Below, one piece after another: positions 18,718 through 28,257 of a DNA stretch of 64,000 bases; positions within the stretch are counted from its first letter, which is position 1, and each line of letters starts with the position of its first letter. This stretch comes from an uncultured Erysipelotrichaceae bacterium. GTDB lineage: Bacteria; Bacillota_I; Bacilli_A; RF39; UBA660. The DNA is taken from NCBI GenBank assembly GCA_948442015.1, contig CAOJRP010000003.1, positions 19,609 to 83,608 of the forward strand, in the 5' to 3' direction. The translations under genes and the position numbers were made by a program. The notes under the pieces were generated by a model that was given only the letters and a program-made list of their open reading frames with translations, had not been told where the DNA came from and did not search any database.

Positions 18718-18972
18718 ATGACTGTGAAATCACTATTACTTATAGATTGTGGCAAGTGCATATGTCATATTGGAGAAGCAATGGATAAAGCAGGTATATC
18801 TATTTCGAAAATGGGAAGATTAACTGGTCTAAATTATGATGTTGTAAAAAAATATTATACAGACCAAACTATAAGAATTGATAAAGATGTTTTTTCAAGA
18901 ATTGCTTATGTTTTATCAGTATGTGGGATAGATGTATCAAACTTATTTGAATATATTCCACCTAAAAAATGA
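18718..18972 (+). CDS. small XRE/Cro-type HTH regulator
   Basis: GISISKMGRLTGLNYDVVKKYY....RIDKDVFSRIAYVLSVCGIDVSNLFEYIP fits the short HTH family ending in FEY.P. An extended -10 (TGGTAAAAT) lies at ~18688. Two terminator hairpins follow at 18968-19090. Confidence 0.6.
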   Translation: MTVKSLLLIDCGKCICHIGEAMDKAGISISKMGRLTGLNYDVVKKYYTDQTIRIDKDVFSRIAYVLSVCGIDVSNLFEYIPPKK

Positions 18973-19248
18973 TGTTTAAAATTCTAAATGTGCAGTACCT
19001 AGAATTCCTTAAACATCATTAACTATACTATAAGCAAAAAAAATAACTTTCGCAAGAATTAATTTGCGAAAGTTATTTTTTCGTTAAATTTAAAGAACTT
19101 TAACGAAAAAAAGAGAAAATAGAGAAAAAAGCTAGAATATATATAGTGAAAGGACAGGATTGATGTTCTTTTAATATACAAAGAAATGGGGGGGTAAATA
19201 ATACCCAAAAGAAAAGAATTTCCTTCTTTAAAAGTTGTTAATGCTGTC

Positions 19249-19875
19249 ATGTTTCACACAATGTTTAATTATCCTAATGGTAAAAAGTATGTTTCTTTTA
19301 TCTTATCTAAACTATTAGATAATAACAAATTGCTTAAAGATATGCAAATAATTAGTAATGATGTTCCTAAAAATAAAGAAAAGATTGTTTCAGGAAAATG
19401 TGACTTTGTTTGTAATTTTGATGATACTTTAGTTACTATTGAGATGAATAACAATTCTAGTATTGATGTCCTTCATCGTAACATGGACTATATCAATAAA
19501 CAATTTAATGCTTTAGTTAAAGATAGTAAGAGTTATCATAAGTATCGTCAAAGTATCTTAATTAATTTTAATAATTTCGCATTTGTTGGTAAAGATGACA
19601 CTTATTATGTTTATTATTTAAAAGATAGAGATGGTACAGTGTTAACTGATGCGATAATTATAATTAATATCTATATTCCCAATTTACGAAAAAAATGCTA
19701 TAATCTAGGTATCGAAGGGTTAGATGAGATAGAGAAATTCATCTATGCCCAAATTGAAGAAGATAATGAAAAATTAGATTCATTAATGATGGATATAGTG
19801 AAAGAATATGATTTTTCTGTTTACACATTTTTATTTACAGACTCTATCCAACTTTTTTATTTAGTCCATTACTAG
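19249..19875 (+). CDS. PD-(D/E)XK nuclease family (Rpn/transposase-like), probably C-terminally truncated
   Basis: The KCDFVCNFDDTLVTIEMNN core (D...E.K-like) and the N-terminal ..FILSKLL.. resemble Rpn-type putative transposases. The last ~25 residues look like read-through into the convergent gene. Confidence 0.45.
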   Translation: MFHTMFNYPNGKKYVSFILSKLLDNNKLLKDMQIISNDVPKNKEKIVSGKCDFVCNFDDTLVTIEMNNNSSIDVLHRNMDYINKQFNALVKDSKSYHKYRQSILINFNNFAFVGKDDTYYVYYLKDRDGTVLTDAIIIINIYIPNLRKKCYNLGIEGLDEIEKFIYAQIEEDNEKLDSLMMDIVKEYDFSVYTFLFTDSIQLFYLVHY

Positions 19876-20243
19876 TTACAGCTATTTATACTTCCTAAAT
19901 CATAAACTTCTAAATAACCTAAATCAAGTAATTTTTGAGCTGCTTGTTTACTTCTTGTTCCACTTTGACAAAAAACTATTACAGGAGTATCTTTGGATGT
20001 TACAGTATTAATAATATTACTTATTTCATCTAGTGGAACATTAATAGCAAACTCAATCGTACCATTTTTATACTCTTCTTTAGTTCTAACATCTATTAAG
20101 TAAGCACCATCTACTATTTTCTCTTTCATCGTATTACAATTTATACTAGTAGCTTGAACTGTATATTCTTTTCTCTCTTCTTTTTGTTCATTACAAGAAC
20201 AAATAATAAATAAACTTAAAAATAATATTAAACATTTTTTCAT
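19872..20243 (-). CDS. rhodanese-domain lipoprotein
   Basis: A signal peptide with a lipobox-like FIICSC. The rhodanese active-site loop is CQSGTRS. The ATG overlaps the upstream stop (ATGA). Confidence 0.8.
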   Translation of the reverse strand: MKKCLILFLSLFIICSCNEQKEERKEYTVQATSINCNTMKEKIVDGAYLIDVRTKEEYKNGTIEFAINVPLDEISNIINTVTSKDTPVIVFCQSGTRSKQAAQKLLDLGYLEVYDLGSINSCN

Positions 20244-21370
20244 GAACTCACCTCAATTAATTTTTTATAAACTTGATCAAAGGCATTTAAAAAACTATTT
20301 ATTTCCTCATTTGTTGTTACATGAGAAATACTTATTCTAAGCGTTGTTGCTGCTCTTCTTTTATCGTTATAAATGGCCATAACAGCTGTACTAATATCAA
20401 GTGATGAACATGCTGTATTACTACTTATATAGACTTCAAATTCTTCTAAAGCATGTAAGAAAGTCTCTGATTTTATATTCATCAAACTAATATTTAGAAT
20501 ATGAGGAATAGAAAACTTTGTTTTATTTATTTTAATATTTGGATACTTAACTAAATTATCACAAATTTTATCATTTAATTTCTTTACTAAATTCTCTCTT
20601 TTCTCATTATCTGTTGTAGCTATTCTTAAAGCTTTAGAAAAAGCTACTATTAAGGGAAGTGGTGGCGTACCAGCCCTTAATTCATTTGTTTTAGACGAAC
20701 CATGAATTAACGGCTCTAAACGAACTTTATCATTTTTATATAAGAATCCTATTCCTTTAGGGCCAAATATTTTATGACTACTCATTGAAGCTAAATCAAC
20801 ATCATGAATATTAATAGGTATTTTCCCTATTGCTTGGGTCATATCCGAATGAAAGATTGTATCAGGATTTTCTTTTTTAATAATTTGTCTTATTGTTTTA
20901 AGAGGTTGTCTTACCCCTACTTCACTATTAACAGCACAAATACTAACTAAAATTGTTTCAGGAGTAATCTTGTTTTTTAAGTCTTCAAAATCTATTAACC
21001 CGTCAATATCATTATTAACAAAACTTATTTTAAAGCCTAAAGTTTGTAAAAAATCACAGATTTTATAAATTGATGGATGCTCTAACTTACTAACAATAAT
21101 ATGATTTCCCCTATTTTTATAAGCTAGTGCTACTCCTTTCAAAGCTGTATTATTAGATTCCGTAGCCCCACTTGTGAATATAAGCTCTTTTTCTAAGATT
21201 GAAAATATTTCACATATTTGTTTTGTAGCACTAGTTAAAAGTGCTCTTGATTTCACACCTAAACCATGCAAGGAATTAACATTTCCCATATAGTCTCTAC
21301 TAGCTTTATTGTAACTATCTAAAACATCATACATTACTGGTGTTGTTGCTGAATAATCTAAATAAACCAT
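20240..21370 (-). CDS. cysteine desulfurase, NifS/IscS type
   Basis: The PLP lysine lies in SSHKIFGPKGIG and the active Cys in SSNTACSS. The start is trimmed to MVYLDYSATTP (ATG at 21370) after an AAAGGTG SD. Confidence 0.85.
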   Translation of the reverse strand: MVYLDYSATTPVMYDVLDSYNKASRDYMGNVNSLHGLGVKSRALLTSATKQICEIFSILEKELIFTSGATESNNTALKGVALAYKNRGNHIIVSKLEHPSIYKICDFLQTLGFKISFVNNDIDGLIDFEDLKNKITPETILVSICAVNSEVGVRQPLKTIRQIIKKENPDTIFHSDMTQAIGKIPINIHDVDLASMSSHKIFGPKGIGFLYKNDKVRLEPLIHGSSKTNELRAGTPPLPLIVAFSKALRIATTDNEKRENLVKKLNDKICDNLVKYPNIKINKTKFSIPHILNISLMNIKSETFLHALEEFEVYISSNTACSSLDISTAVMAIYNDKRRAATTLRISISHVTTNEEINSFLNAFDQVYKKLIEVSS

Positions 21371-21484
21371 TTTTATCACCTTTTTATAATTGTAGCAAAT
21401 AAATAAAAAAAAGAAAATAAGAAAAATCATTCTTTCAGGATAAAGACATAGTATGAAGAAGAAAAATAAAAAAACTTAGATTTT

Positions 21485-22912
21485 AAAAGGGATAAAAAGA
21501 AATTTTTATAAAAAAACCGTTTTCTTGATATAATACAAAGTATATAGAAAAGGGTAGATGAATGATGGCTAAGCCACCTATAAATATGCTGATTTGTTGA
21601 AACAAGAAAAAAGTTTTTTAAAAAAGAAATTTGGTATTACTAAATTTGATGAGATAGATATAGCAATTCTTAAAAATTTGAAAGAATGTTTAAAAAAATT
21701 AAAGGACATTCGTAACCAAAATATGATTCTTTATAAACTATGGGATGTTATTATGTGTGTTATTATCGTTTCTTTTGTTTCCAATGACACTTAGGAAGAT
21801 ATTCATGATTTTGTTGTAGACAATTACAATTGGTTTAAAAGTTTTTTACAAATGACTGGTGGTATTCCAAAAGAAAGCTCTTATGAAAGAATTATGGGCT
21901 TGGTAGACTCAAAAGAACTCAATAAAATATTATTAGACTTCTTTCAAGAAATTACTTTTGCAGATACAACAAAAACAAATATTTTATCTTTTGATGGTCG
22001 TGTAAATAATGGTAGTAAAAGAGTTTCTACTCTTAATAATGAATCTAAATCTCCCCTTAACTGTTTAAACGTTTATTCTAACCAACTCGATTATTGTGTT
22101 GAAACAAAAGAGATTGCTGATAAAACAAACGAGATTCCAACGATAGAGCAACTCATTCAAGGAATGAATTTATCTGGAACTATTGCTACATGGATGCTTT
22201 AAACTCTCAAACTAAAAATGTAGAAACAGTTATACAAGCTCATAGACATTACATCATTCCAATAAAAGGAAATCAAGGAACGTTCCATCAAGATTTAAAC
22301 CTTTATTTTGACGAAGACACATGTGATAAGATTAGAGCTGGAAACTTACAATCAGGTTATTTAACCTATACAGAAAAAAGTCATTCTTCTGTAATAATCT
22401 ATGAATGTTTCCAAACATCAGATATTAACTGGTATAGTAAATTAGCAGATTGGCAAGGGATTCAATCATTTGGGTTAGTAAGAAAAACAATAACAAAAAA
22501 AGCATTAGTTAATAACACAAGAAAAAATGCTAAAGAAAAGAAAATAGAAAAAGAAATAACTTCTGTAGAAAATAGATATTATATTTCTAGTAGACATGTA
22601 AATATTAAAGAATTTAACGAAGTAACTAGAAAGCATTGGAATGTAGAAAATAAACTTCATTGGCATTTAGATGTTACTTTTTGCCAAGATAAAAATTCTA
22701 CTACTAATAAAAATGCTTTATTAAATTTAGAAATTATTCATAAGTTCATTTTAGGTTGTTTAAATCGAGTAAAGTCAAGATATAAAAGAAGTTTAAAATC
22801 CATTCGTAAACACATTTCCAATAATTTAGAAGAATTCTTTCCAGAGTTTTATGTTATTTAGCTTTAAACTAGCAATCGGTTTTTAACAGAAAAAAAGCTA
22901 TTTTTCCCTTTA
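21485..22912 (+). mobile_element. ISAs1-family insertion sequence remnant
   Basis: It contains the disrupted transposase. Imperfect ~35-bp inverted ends share two blocks. Left: aaagggataaaaa...aaaaaaccg (21486-21519). Right: cggttttt...tttttcccttt (22877-22911). Confidence 0.5.
21594..22861 (+). pseudogene. ISAs1-family (H-repeat-associated) transposase, disrupted
   Basis: The C-terminal RKHWNVENKLHWHLDVTFCQDKN is the ISAs1 DDE signature. There is an in-frame TAG at 21792-21794 where the family has Trp (NDT*EDIHDF). There is a frameshift at ~22190-22200 (IATW|MDALNSQ). Confidence 0.8.
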
Positions 22913-22998
22913 TTTATAAGGAATAATAGCTTTATTACAATTAATTTATATTTTTATCCTAAACTTATATTTTTTAAATTACACTAATAATTAAATTT

Positions 22999-24285
22999 TT
23001 ATTTTTTTACTTTTTTACCTTTTTTACCTTTTGTCTTTTTCCTCTTGTTCTTCTTTTTTAGAATAATTATAGTTGTTATGGCACTCGCTATTAAAGCACA
23101 AAAACCAATTATTAGGTATAAAATTAGCAATTGATTACTTTTCTTTTCTTCTTGAACTTCTACTTTCTTATTTCTTTTTATCTTAAATGTATAAGTTTTT
23201 TCGGTATTATCTTCCGCTTTAACAAGTAGTGTTATTTTGTTATCACCTTCATTCAAAGAATGTTTTCCCAATCCTTCAATGGAAGAAGTTTCACTTTCTA
23301 AAATACCATCTATTTCTATCTCATTAATTTCATTATTAACTTCTAGTTCATACTCGAGCTTTTCTTTATCAAAAGTAAATTCAATGTCACTAATAGTCAA
23401 ACTACTCAAATTAGTATTATTATCTTTTCTTTTAATTTCTAAAGTATAAATTTTTGTTGTTTCATCTTCGGCAAGAACTTTTATCTCGATTATATTTATT
23501 CCTACTTCTAATTTTTGTTCTAAATCACTCTCAATTTTTGCTTTTTTATTCTCAGTTTTAGCATTTATTTTAATACTCTCTACAGCATTTTCAACCTCAA
23601 GTTCATATTTAAGAGTATCTTTTTTAAATTCTAAATCAATATTATCTATTTTTAAGCTACTTAAATTAGCATTATTTGATTTCTTAACTTCTTTTTTTGG
23701 TGTTTCTTCCTTTGTTGTTTCATTATTTACTGATGTTGTATTCTCTTCTGCTATAGTATTGCTAGGCTTAGTAGGAGCTACATCTAAGTAAATATAGCCC
23801 AATATTTTATAACGACTATCTTCTTTATAACCATACTTTTCAGCGACTGTTTTTGTATAATTTTCATAACATGGTTTATCCGTTTCTGGACATGGGGAAG
23901 CTAAAATACACTCACTAAATTGCGGTTCAATATATTCTAGTGCTCCTCCTGTTGAATCCCATACATAAATATAATTTTCATCTACTCTTTCAACATATCC
24001 GACATGACCATATTCAGTCCAGTTTTCCCAAACAACAATGGATTTAGCTCTAGGCACACTTCCTACTTGATAACCAGATTTTTGAGCATCAGAGTACCAT
24101 TTTTTTGCATTTCCCCAACCAGGTAGTGATACCCCTACTTTATCATGCGCTTGTTGCCAAGCATACCATGTACAATTAGTTCCATAAGGCCCACTTTGTT
24201 TATAAGGGTTTTTGGAAGCATTTACATTTACTACTCCTACTAGCAAAGAAAAACATAAAACAATTAAAATTTTAACTTTTTTCAT
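22999..24285 (-). CDS. CHAP-domain peptidoglycan hydrolase with cadherin-like beta-sandwich repeats and a C-terminal TM anchor
   Basis: CHAP Cys in GTNCTWYAW and His in GHVGYV. Two NLSSL.I....L.F.K....YELEV repeats. A TM helix and a Lys-rich tail. The start MKKVKILIV (24285) follows an AAGGAG SD. Confidence 0.8.
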   Translation of the reverse strand: MKKVKILIVLCFSLLVGVVNVNASKNPYKQSGPYGTNCTWYAWQQAHDKVGVSLPGWGNAKKWYSDAQKSGYQVGSVPRAKSIVVWENWTEYGHVGYVERVDENYIYVWDSTGGALEYIEPQFSECILASPCPETDKPCYENYTKTVAEKYGYKEDSRYKILGYIYLDVAPTKPSNTIAEENTTSVNNETTKEETPKKEVKKSNNANLSSLKIDNIDLEFKKDTLKYELEVENAVESIKINAKTENKKAKIESDLEQKLEVGINIIEIKVLAEDETTKIYTLEIKRKDNNTNLSSLTISDIEFTFDKEKLEYELEVNNEINEIEIDGILESETSSIEGLGKHSLNEGDNKITLLVKAEDNTEKTYTFKIKRNKKVEVQEEKKSNQLLILYLIIGFCALIASAITTIIILKKKNKRKKTKGKKGKKVKK

Positions 24286-24301
24286 AAACTCACATATCTC
24301 C

Positions 24302-25039
24302 TTAACTTCTAGCACACCCATCAACAGATAAAATGTTACCAGTTATATAGCTTGCCTGATTACTTGCAAGAAACAAAAAAGCCTCAGCAACGTCTATAGG
24401 TTCTCCAATTCTTCCTAAAGGTATTGACTTAATAAGAGGTTCTATTATTTCTTTTGGAAGATTTTTAACCATATCGGTATTGATAATTCCTGGTGCAATG
24501 GCATTAACTCGAATATTAAAGGGAGCTAGTTCTCTTGCTAAAGACTTAGTTAATCCATTAACTGCAAATTTACTTGTTGGGTATCCCACACCACTTGGTT
24601 GTCCATAAATACTAACCATAGAGGAAGTATTAAGTATTACACCACTTCCTTGTTCTTTCATTATTGGAACAACAGCTTTAATCATATTAAACATTCCATT
24701 AACATTAACTTCCATAATATTGGCAAAATCTTTTGAACTCGTATCTTCTATCTTTTTATTTGCCGAAATTCCTGCATTGTTTATTAAAATATCAATGTGT
24801 TTATATTTTTCGTTAATTAAAGCTATCGTCTTCTCAATCTCTTCATAATCACTTAAATTAGGATAATATCCTTCTACTTCAATATTTAATTCTTTTAGAC
24901 TTTTTAAAGCATTAAAGACACTTTCTTTTTTTGAACCAAATAAAATTACTTGAGCTTTATTATGAGCAAAAAGTTTTACTGTTTCTAAACCTATACCTCT
25001 CGTTCCCCCAGTTATAATAACGACTTTATTTTCTAACAT
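24302..25039 (-). CDS. SDR-family oxidoreductase (FabG-like)
   Basis: TGGTRGIG cofactor motif, NNAG, and the YPTSK catalytic Tyr/Lys. An AAGGAGGAGG SD lies upstream. The start overlaps the upstream stop by 14 nt. Confidence 0.85.
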   Translation of the reverse strand: MLENKVVIITGGTRGIGLETVKLFAHNKAQVILFGSKKESVFNALKSLKELNIEVEGYYPNLSDYEEIEKTIALINEKYKHIDILINNAGISANKKIEDTSSKDFANIMEVNVNGMFNMIKAVVPIMKEQGSGVILNTSSMVSIYGQPSGVGYPTSKFAVNGLTKSLARELAPFNIRVNAIAPGIINTDMVKNLPKEIIEPLIKSIPLGRIGEPIDVAEAFLFLASNQASYITGNILSVDGCARS

Positions 25040-25880
25040 TTTCCTCCTCCTTTACTAACTCTTCATATAAATTTTCTATTTTTTGCAGTTCTAGAAATTC
25101 TTCTTTTGGAGCATTTCTTTTTTTCATAGAGTTTTTTATAAAGCTTATCCGTTTATTAAATTCAAGACAAGTTTTATTATTGCTTTCTTCTCTATAATAT
25201 TCTAACAATCTCAAATAATCATCTTTTACAGGAATTATTTTATATTCTTCATTTTCATAAATAACATAATTTACTTTGACATTATTTAATAAACATTCAC
25301 TAATAAATTCATTCAGGATTTGATAACATTTATTATGAGCTTCAATATTAGATAGTTTAGCATTTGGTTTAGTTTTTATTTCTTTCTCATATCTTTCTCT
25401 AGTAGCTAATAAACTATTTAAATTACCTGATATAACAACATTTATTACTACTTCATTGTTTTTTGAAATATCTTTAATTAATTCTATTAAACTTAAATCT
25501 ATTGGGGCTTTTTCTCTTAAAACACTATAGTTATTTAATAGAGCATAAGAAAATAATTCATCTCCCCACAAATGAGCATCATAATTAGTAAGTTTTGCAT
25601 AATAAGTTGGTTCTTTCTCTAGTATCTCTTTTGAATATTTATGAAAGTGACGATATTCATCAGAATTTATAATTACATAATCTTTATTTAAAGAAAAATT
25701 TCTTATATATGTCGTTTTCCCACAACCAGGTTGTCCAATAACAAACATAATAGATGGTTGTTTAAAAGAACTTGCTTTAGAAAAAATAGTATTTTTTAAT
25801 TTTTCTAAAACTTTATTATGCTCTTCTTCATTTAATTTATATTTCTCAATTAAATCTCCAATATCACCACTCATATACAT
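25026..25880 (-). CDS. zeta-toxin-family P-loop kinase-like protein
   Basis: GQPGCGKTTYIRN (Walker A), then YVIINSDEYRHFH and LTNYDAHLWGDELFSYAL. This is colinear with the PezT/zeta pattern (GQPGAGKT ... IDGDSFR..HP ... A). About 100 extra C-terminal residues follow. Confidence 0.6.
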   Translation of the reverse strand: MYMSGDIGDLIEKYKLNEEEHNKVLEKLKNTIFSKASSFKQPSIMFVIGQPGCGKTTYIRNFSLNKDYVIINSDEYRHFHKYSKEILEKEPTYYAKLTNYDAHLWGDELFSYALLNNYSVLREKAPIDLSLIELIKDISKNNEVVINVVISGNLNSLLATRERYEKEIKTKPNAKLSNIEAHNKCYQILNEFISECLLNNVKVNYVIYENEEYKIIPVKDDYLRLLEYYREESNNKTCLEFNKRISFIKNSMKKRNAPKEEFLELQKIENLYEELVKEEENVRK

Positions 25881-25906
25881 ACCACCATTCTTAAAATAAA
25901 AAGAAG

Positions 25907-27250
25907 TTAAATACCTCTAATTAGTTTCTTTCTAGGTTTTAAAGCAATAATTAATCCAATTAAACTTAGATGAAACATAATAATATATCCTATGATAAAA
26001 TTACCTGTGTGAGGATTATTTTCTTCTTTTTTATTATCTATAACAGTGTTATAGATATCATCAACTTTAGTGGATACTAAAGTTTCCGGCTCTTTTTCAT
26101 CACTTGGTAAAACTTCTAAACCTTTTAATCGAGCAGTTACTTTATACCCATTATCATCTTTAGAAATTGTATATTCGTAATTATCATTAGATTCTAGTTG
26201 CATATCATAATCAATTGGTGTTCCATTAGAATAACGCATATTTTCAAATAAAGTGGCATTAGTTATCCAATTACTATTCTCATCTAAAATAATTTCTTTC
26301 TCTAAATAACCATTTTGGTCATATGCTTTCATCACTAAATTACTTGGTCTTAAACCTAGTTTATTGTCATTATCAATCCACTCTACTTTAATTGGCACGA
26401 TATTAGTCTTAGCTTGATAATTAACTGTAACTAAAATATTATCGCCATCTATTTTATAATCTATAGTTCTTCCAGGCATATTTTGTATATCTTCTTCAAA
26501 AATGTAATCAATTTTAGGATTACCTGTTTGATAAGCATCAGTATCAGATATCATAATACTTTTTGTATATGTATCAACGTTATCATTTTCATTTATTGTA
26601 GCAGTAGAACTAATATTAAAACGATAGTAAGCATTCTTTGTTTCTGGGTCAGTGACATTACCACCTTTAATAGCAAAATTTAGTCCTCGTACTAATTTAT
26701 CACGAGCTTGAGAGTCGTTATAAGTAACTGTTAAATTCTTCGTTTTTAGGGTATCTTTAACTAAAGTAACTACAAGAGTACCAGCACTTTCTAAAACGTG
26801 GCCATTTAAGTCTTCTTGAGTAGGTCGTAAATAACCTTTTGACATCGAATCAATATAATTATATCCTGTCAAAGTTCCACCTGATATATTTTCAACATCA
26901 CTATATTCAAGGCGAAAATCTCTTGAAGGCGCTTCATGGGTAAAGAAGTAATTACCGTAACCATGTTTCGTAAATTTCCATTCGGTAATAGCATGGTCAT
27001 CTTTGTCAATAGAAACTGTCGCATCTGTTGCTTTAAGATTTATTGTTTCATGTTTATTAGATAAATCAGGATTAACAACAACTAAATTAATTTCATCAGG
27101 TCTTTCATGACGTAAATCCCCATAATCAATCCATCTAATTATAATTGTTCCATCTACTGGTGTAGGTATAATTAAGGCGGAAACTTCCTTTTGAAAACAA
27201 AAAGTTACAAAAGCAAGTAAAATACTTAATAATAAAGTTTTCTTTTTCAT
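25907..27250 (-). CDS. CnaB-type repeat surface protein with an NPHTG sorting-signal-like C-terminus
   Basis: A signal peptide is followed by IIIRWIDYGD..RPDEINLVV and IKVEWIDNDNKLGLRPSNLVMKAY, which are CnaB-like modules. The C-terminus is NPHTG + hydrophobic helix + KPRKKLIRGI. Confidence 0.7.
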   Translation of the reverse strand: MKKKTLLLSILLAFVTFCFQKEVSALIIPTPVDGTIIIRWIDYGDLRHERPDEINLVVVNPDLSNKHETINLKATDATVSIDKDDHAITEWKFTKHGYGNYFFTHEAPSRDFRLEYSDVENISGGTLTGYNYIDSMSKGYLRPTQEDLNGHVLESAGTLVVTLVKDTLKTKNLTVTYNDSQARDKLVRGLNFAIKGGNVTDPETKNAYYRFNISSTATINENDNVDTYTKSIMISDTDAYQTGNPKIDYIFEEDIQNMPGRTIDYKIDGDNILVTVNYQAKTNIVPIKVEWIDNDNKLGLRPSNLVMKAYDQNGYLEKEIILDENSNWITNATLFENMRYSNGTPIDYDMQLESNDNYEYTISKDDNGYKVTARLKGLEVLPSDEKEPETLVSTKVDDIYNTVIDNKKEENNPHTGNFIIGYIIMFHLSLIGLIIALKPRKKLIRGI

Positions 27251-27353
27251 TGTTATCACCACATTTATAATACCACGAAAAAATTAAGAATTAAATCTTT
27301 TATTTTGTAAATTTGAACATTTAAAAACTTGAAACTAAATTCCAAGTTTAATT

Positions 27354-28178
27354 TTATAATTTCATTCGTTTATTCACTTCTTCTAAATCGACGTCTTCAA
27401 AAAGACTTGCGACGTATTCAGAATTTTGTTTAAGATAGTTTAATATAATATCATATGATTTTCTGAAGTCACTTTCTTTTATTTTCCCATTGTAAACTAA
27501 GGAATTAGGAAAAATCTTCGATGCTAGAAAAGCAATAGATAAAATACCATTTACTTTAAAAATTTGTCCATTCTCCCATGGAAGTTTAAAATAAGGAAAT
27601 ACACTATCTATACCAAAAATGTTTTGTTTAAAAAAGTAATCTTTTAAGGTATATAAATCAGCGTATTTTTCTATTTTTGTTTTACCTGATATTGGGTCTT
27701 CTCTTTTAATATCTTTCCAACCTTTATAAACAGAATTAGCAAATAATAAAGAACAATCTTGTCCAATAATAACGTAGGTATTTTTTAAAGAAACCTTTTT
27801 TAAACTAAATTTTGTCTTCGGTTGTTCTGCACTATATCTTTCTATAATTTCTCTATTTATAGAAGTAATCATATAATTTTGTTTTTCTTCTTGCGTTTTT
27901 AAAACCATTAAAGCATTTTCATTAGAATTATCGCAAGAATCATCCTTCATTTGTCTTAACTCTTCAATCATTTTTGCTTTTTCTTCTTTATCCATTAGTT
28001 TTTTATAATGTCCGTGATAAATCTCTGCTAAATAATCTCCATCTTTATTTTTCTTACTTCCATCTTCACCGCAAAACATTTCAACATGATATTTTAAAGC
28101 ACTTTTTATTTCTTCATCAGTAGCATCTTCTTTTAAATGTAAAACTTTAAAAGAATTCATATTACTGGTAATATTCAT
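27354..28178 (-). CDS. hypothetical protein
   Basis: 274 aa with a good AAGGAGG SD. I recognise no family. Confidence 0.5.
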   Translation of the reverse strand: MNITSNMNSFKVLHLKEDATDEEIKSALKYHVEMFCGEDGSKKNKDGDYLAEIYHGHYKKLMDKEEKAKMIEELRQMKDDSCDNSNENALMVLKTQEEKQNYMITSINREIIERYSAEQPKTKFSLKKVSLKNTYVIIGQDCSLLFANSVYKGWKDIKREDPISGKTKIEKYADLYTLKDYFFKQNIFGIDSVFPYFKLPWENGQIFKVNGILSIAFLASKIFPNSLVYNGKIKESDFRKSYDIILNYLKQNSEYVASLFEDVDLEEVNKRMKL

Positions 28179-28257
28179 AATTTCTGCCTCCTTAATGGTT
28201 TTTTATCATACCACAAAAAGAATCGAAAAACAAGAAAAAATAGATACGAAACTATAC

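Noticed and set aside
19059-19250. A 63-aa minus-strand ORF between the HTH gene and the Rpn-like gene.
   Set aside because: It has no SD and overlaps a terminator hairpin. Its low-complexity Phe/Leu/Ser sequence marks it as a likely chance ORF.
21792-21794. Alternative genetic code: an in-frame TAG at a Trp position in the ISAs1 transposase, and an in-frame TGA at ~45200 in the kinase-like gene.
   Set aside because: Housekeeping genes (serS, tyrS, clpB, copA) are full length under the standard code and use TGG for Trp. TGA is a real stop followed by terminators, for example at 18970-18972. Both affected genes carry additional frameshifts, so plain nonsense mutations are the simpler reading.
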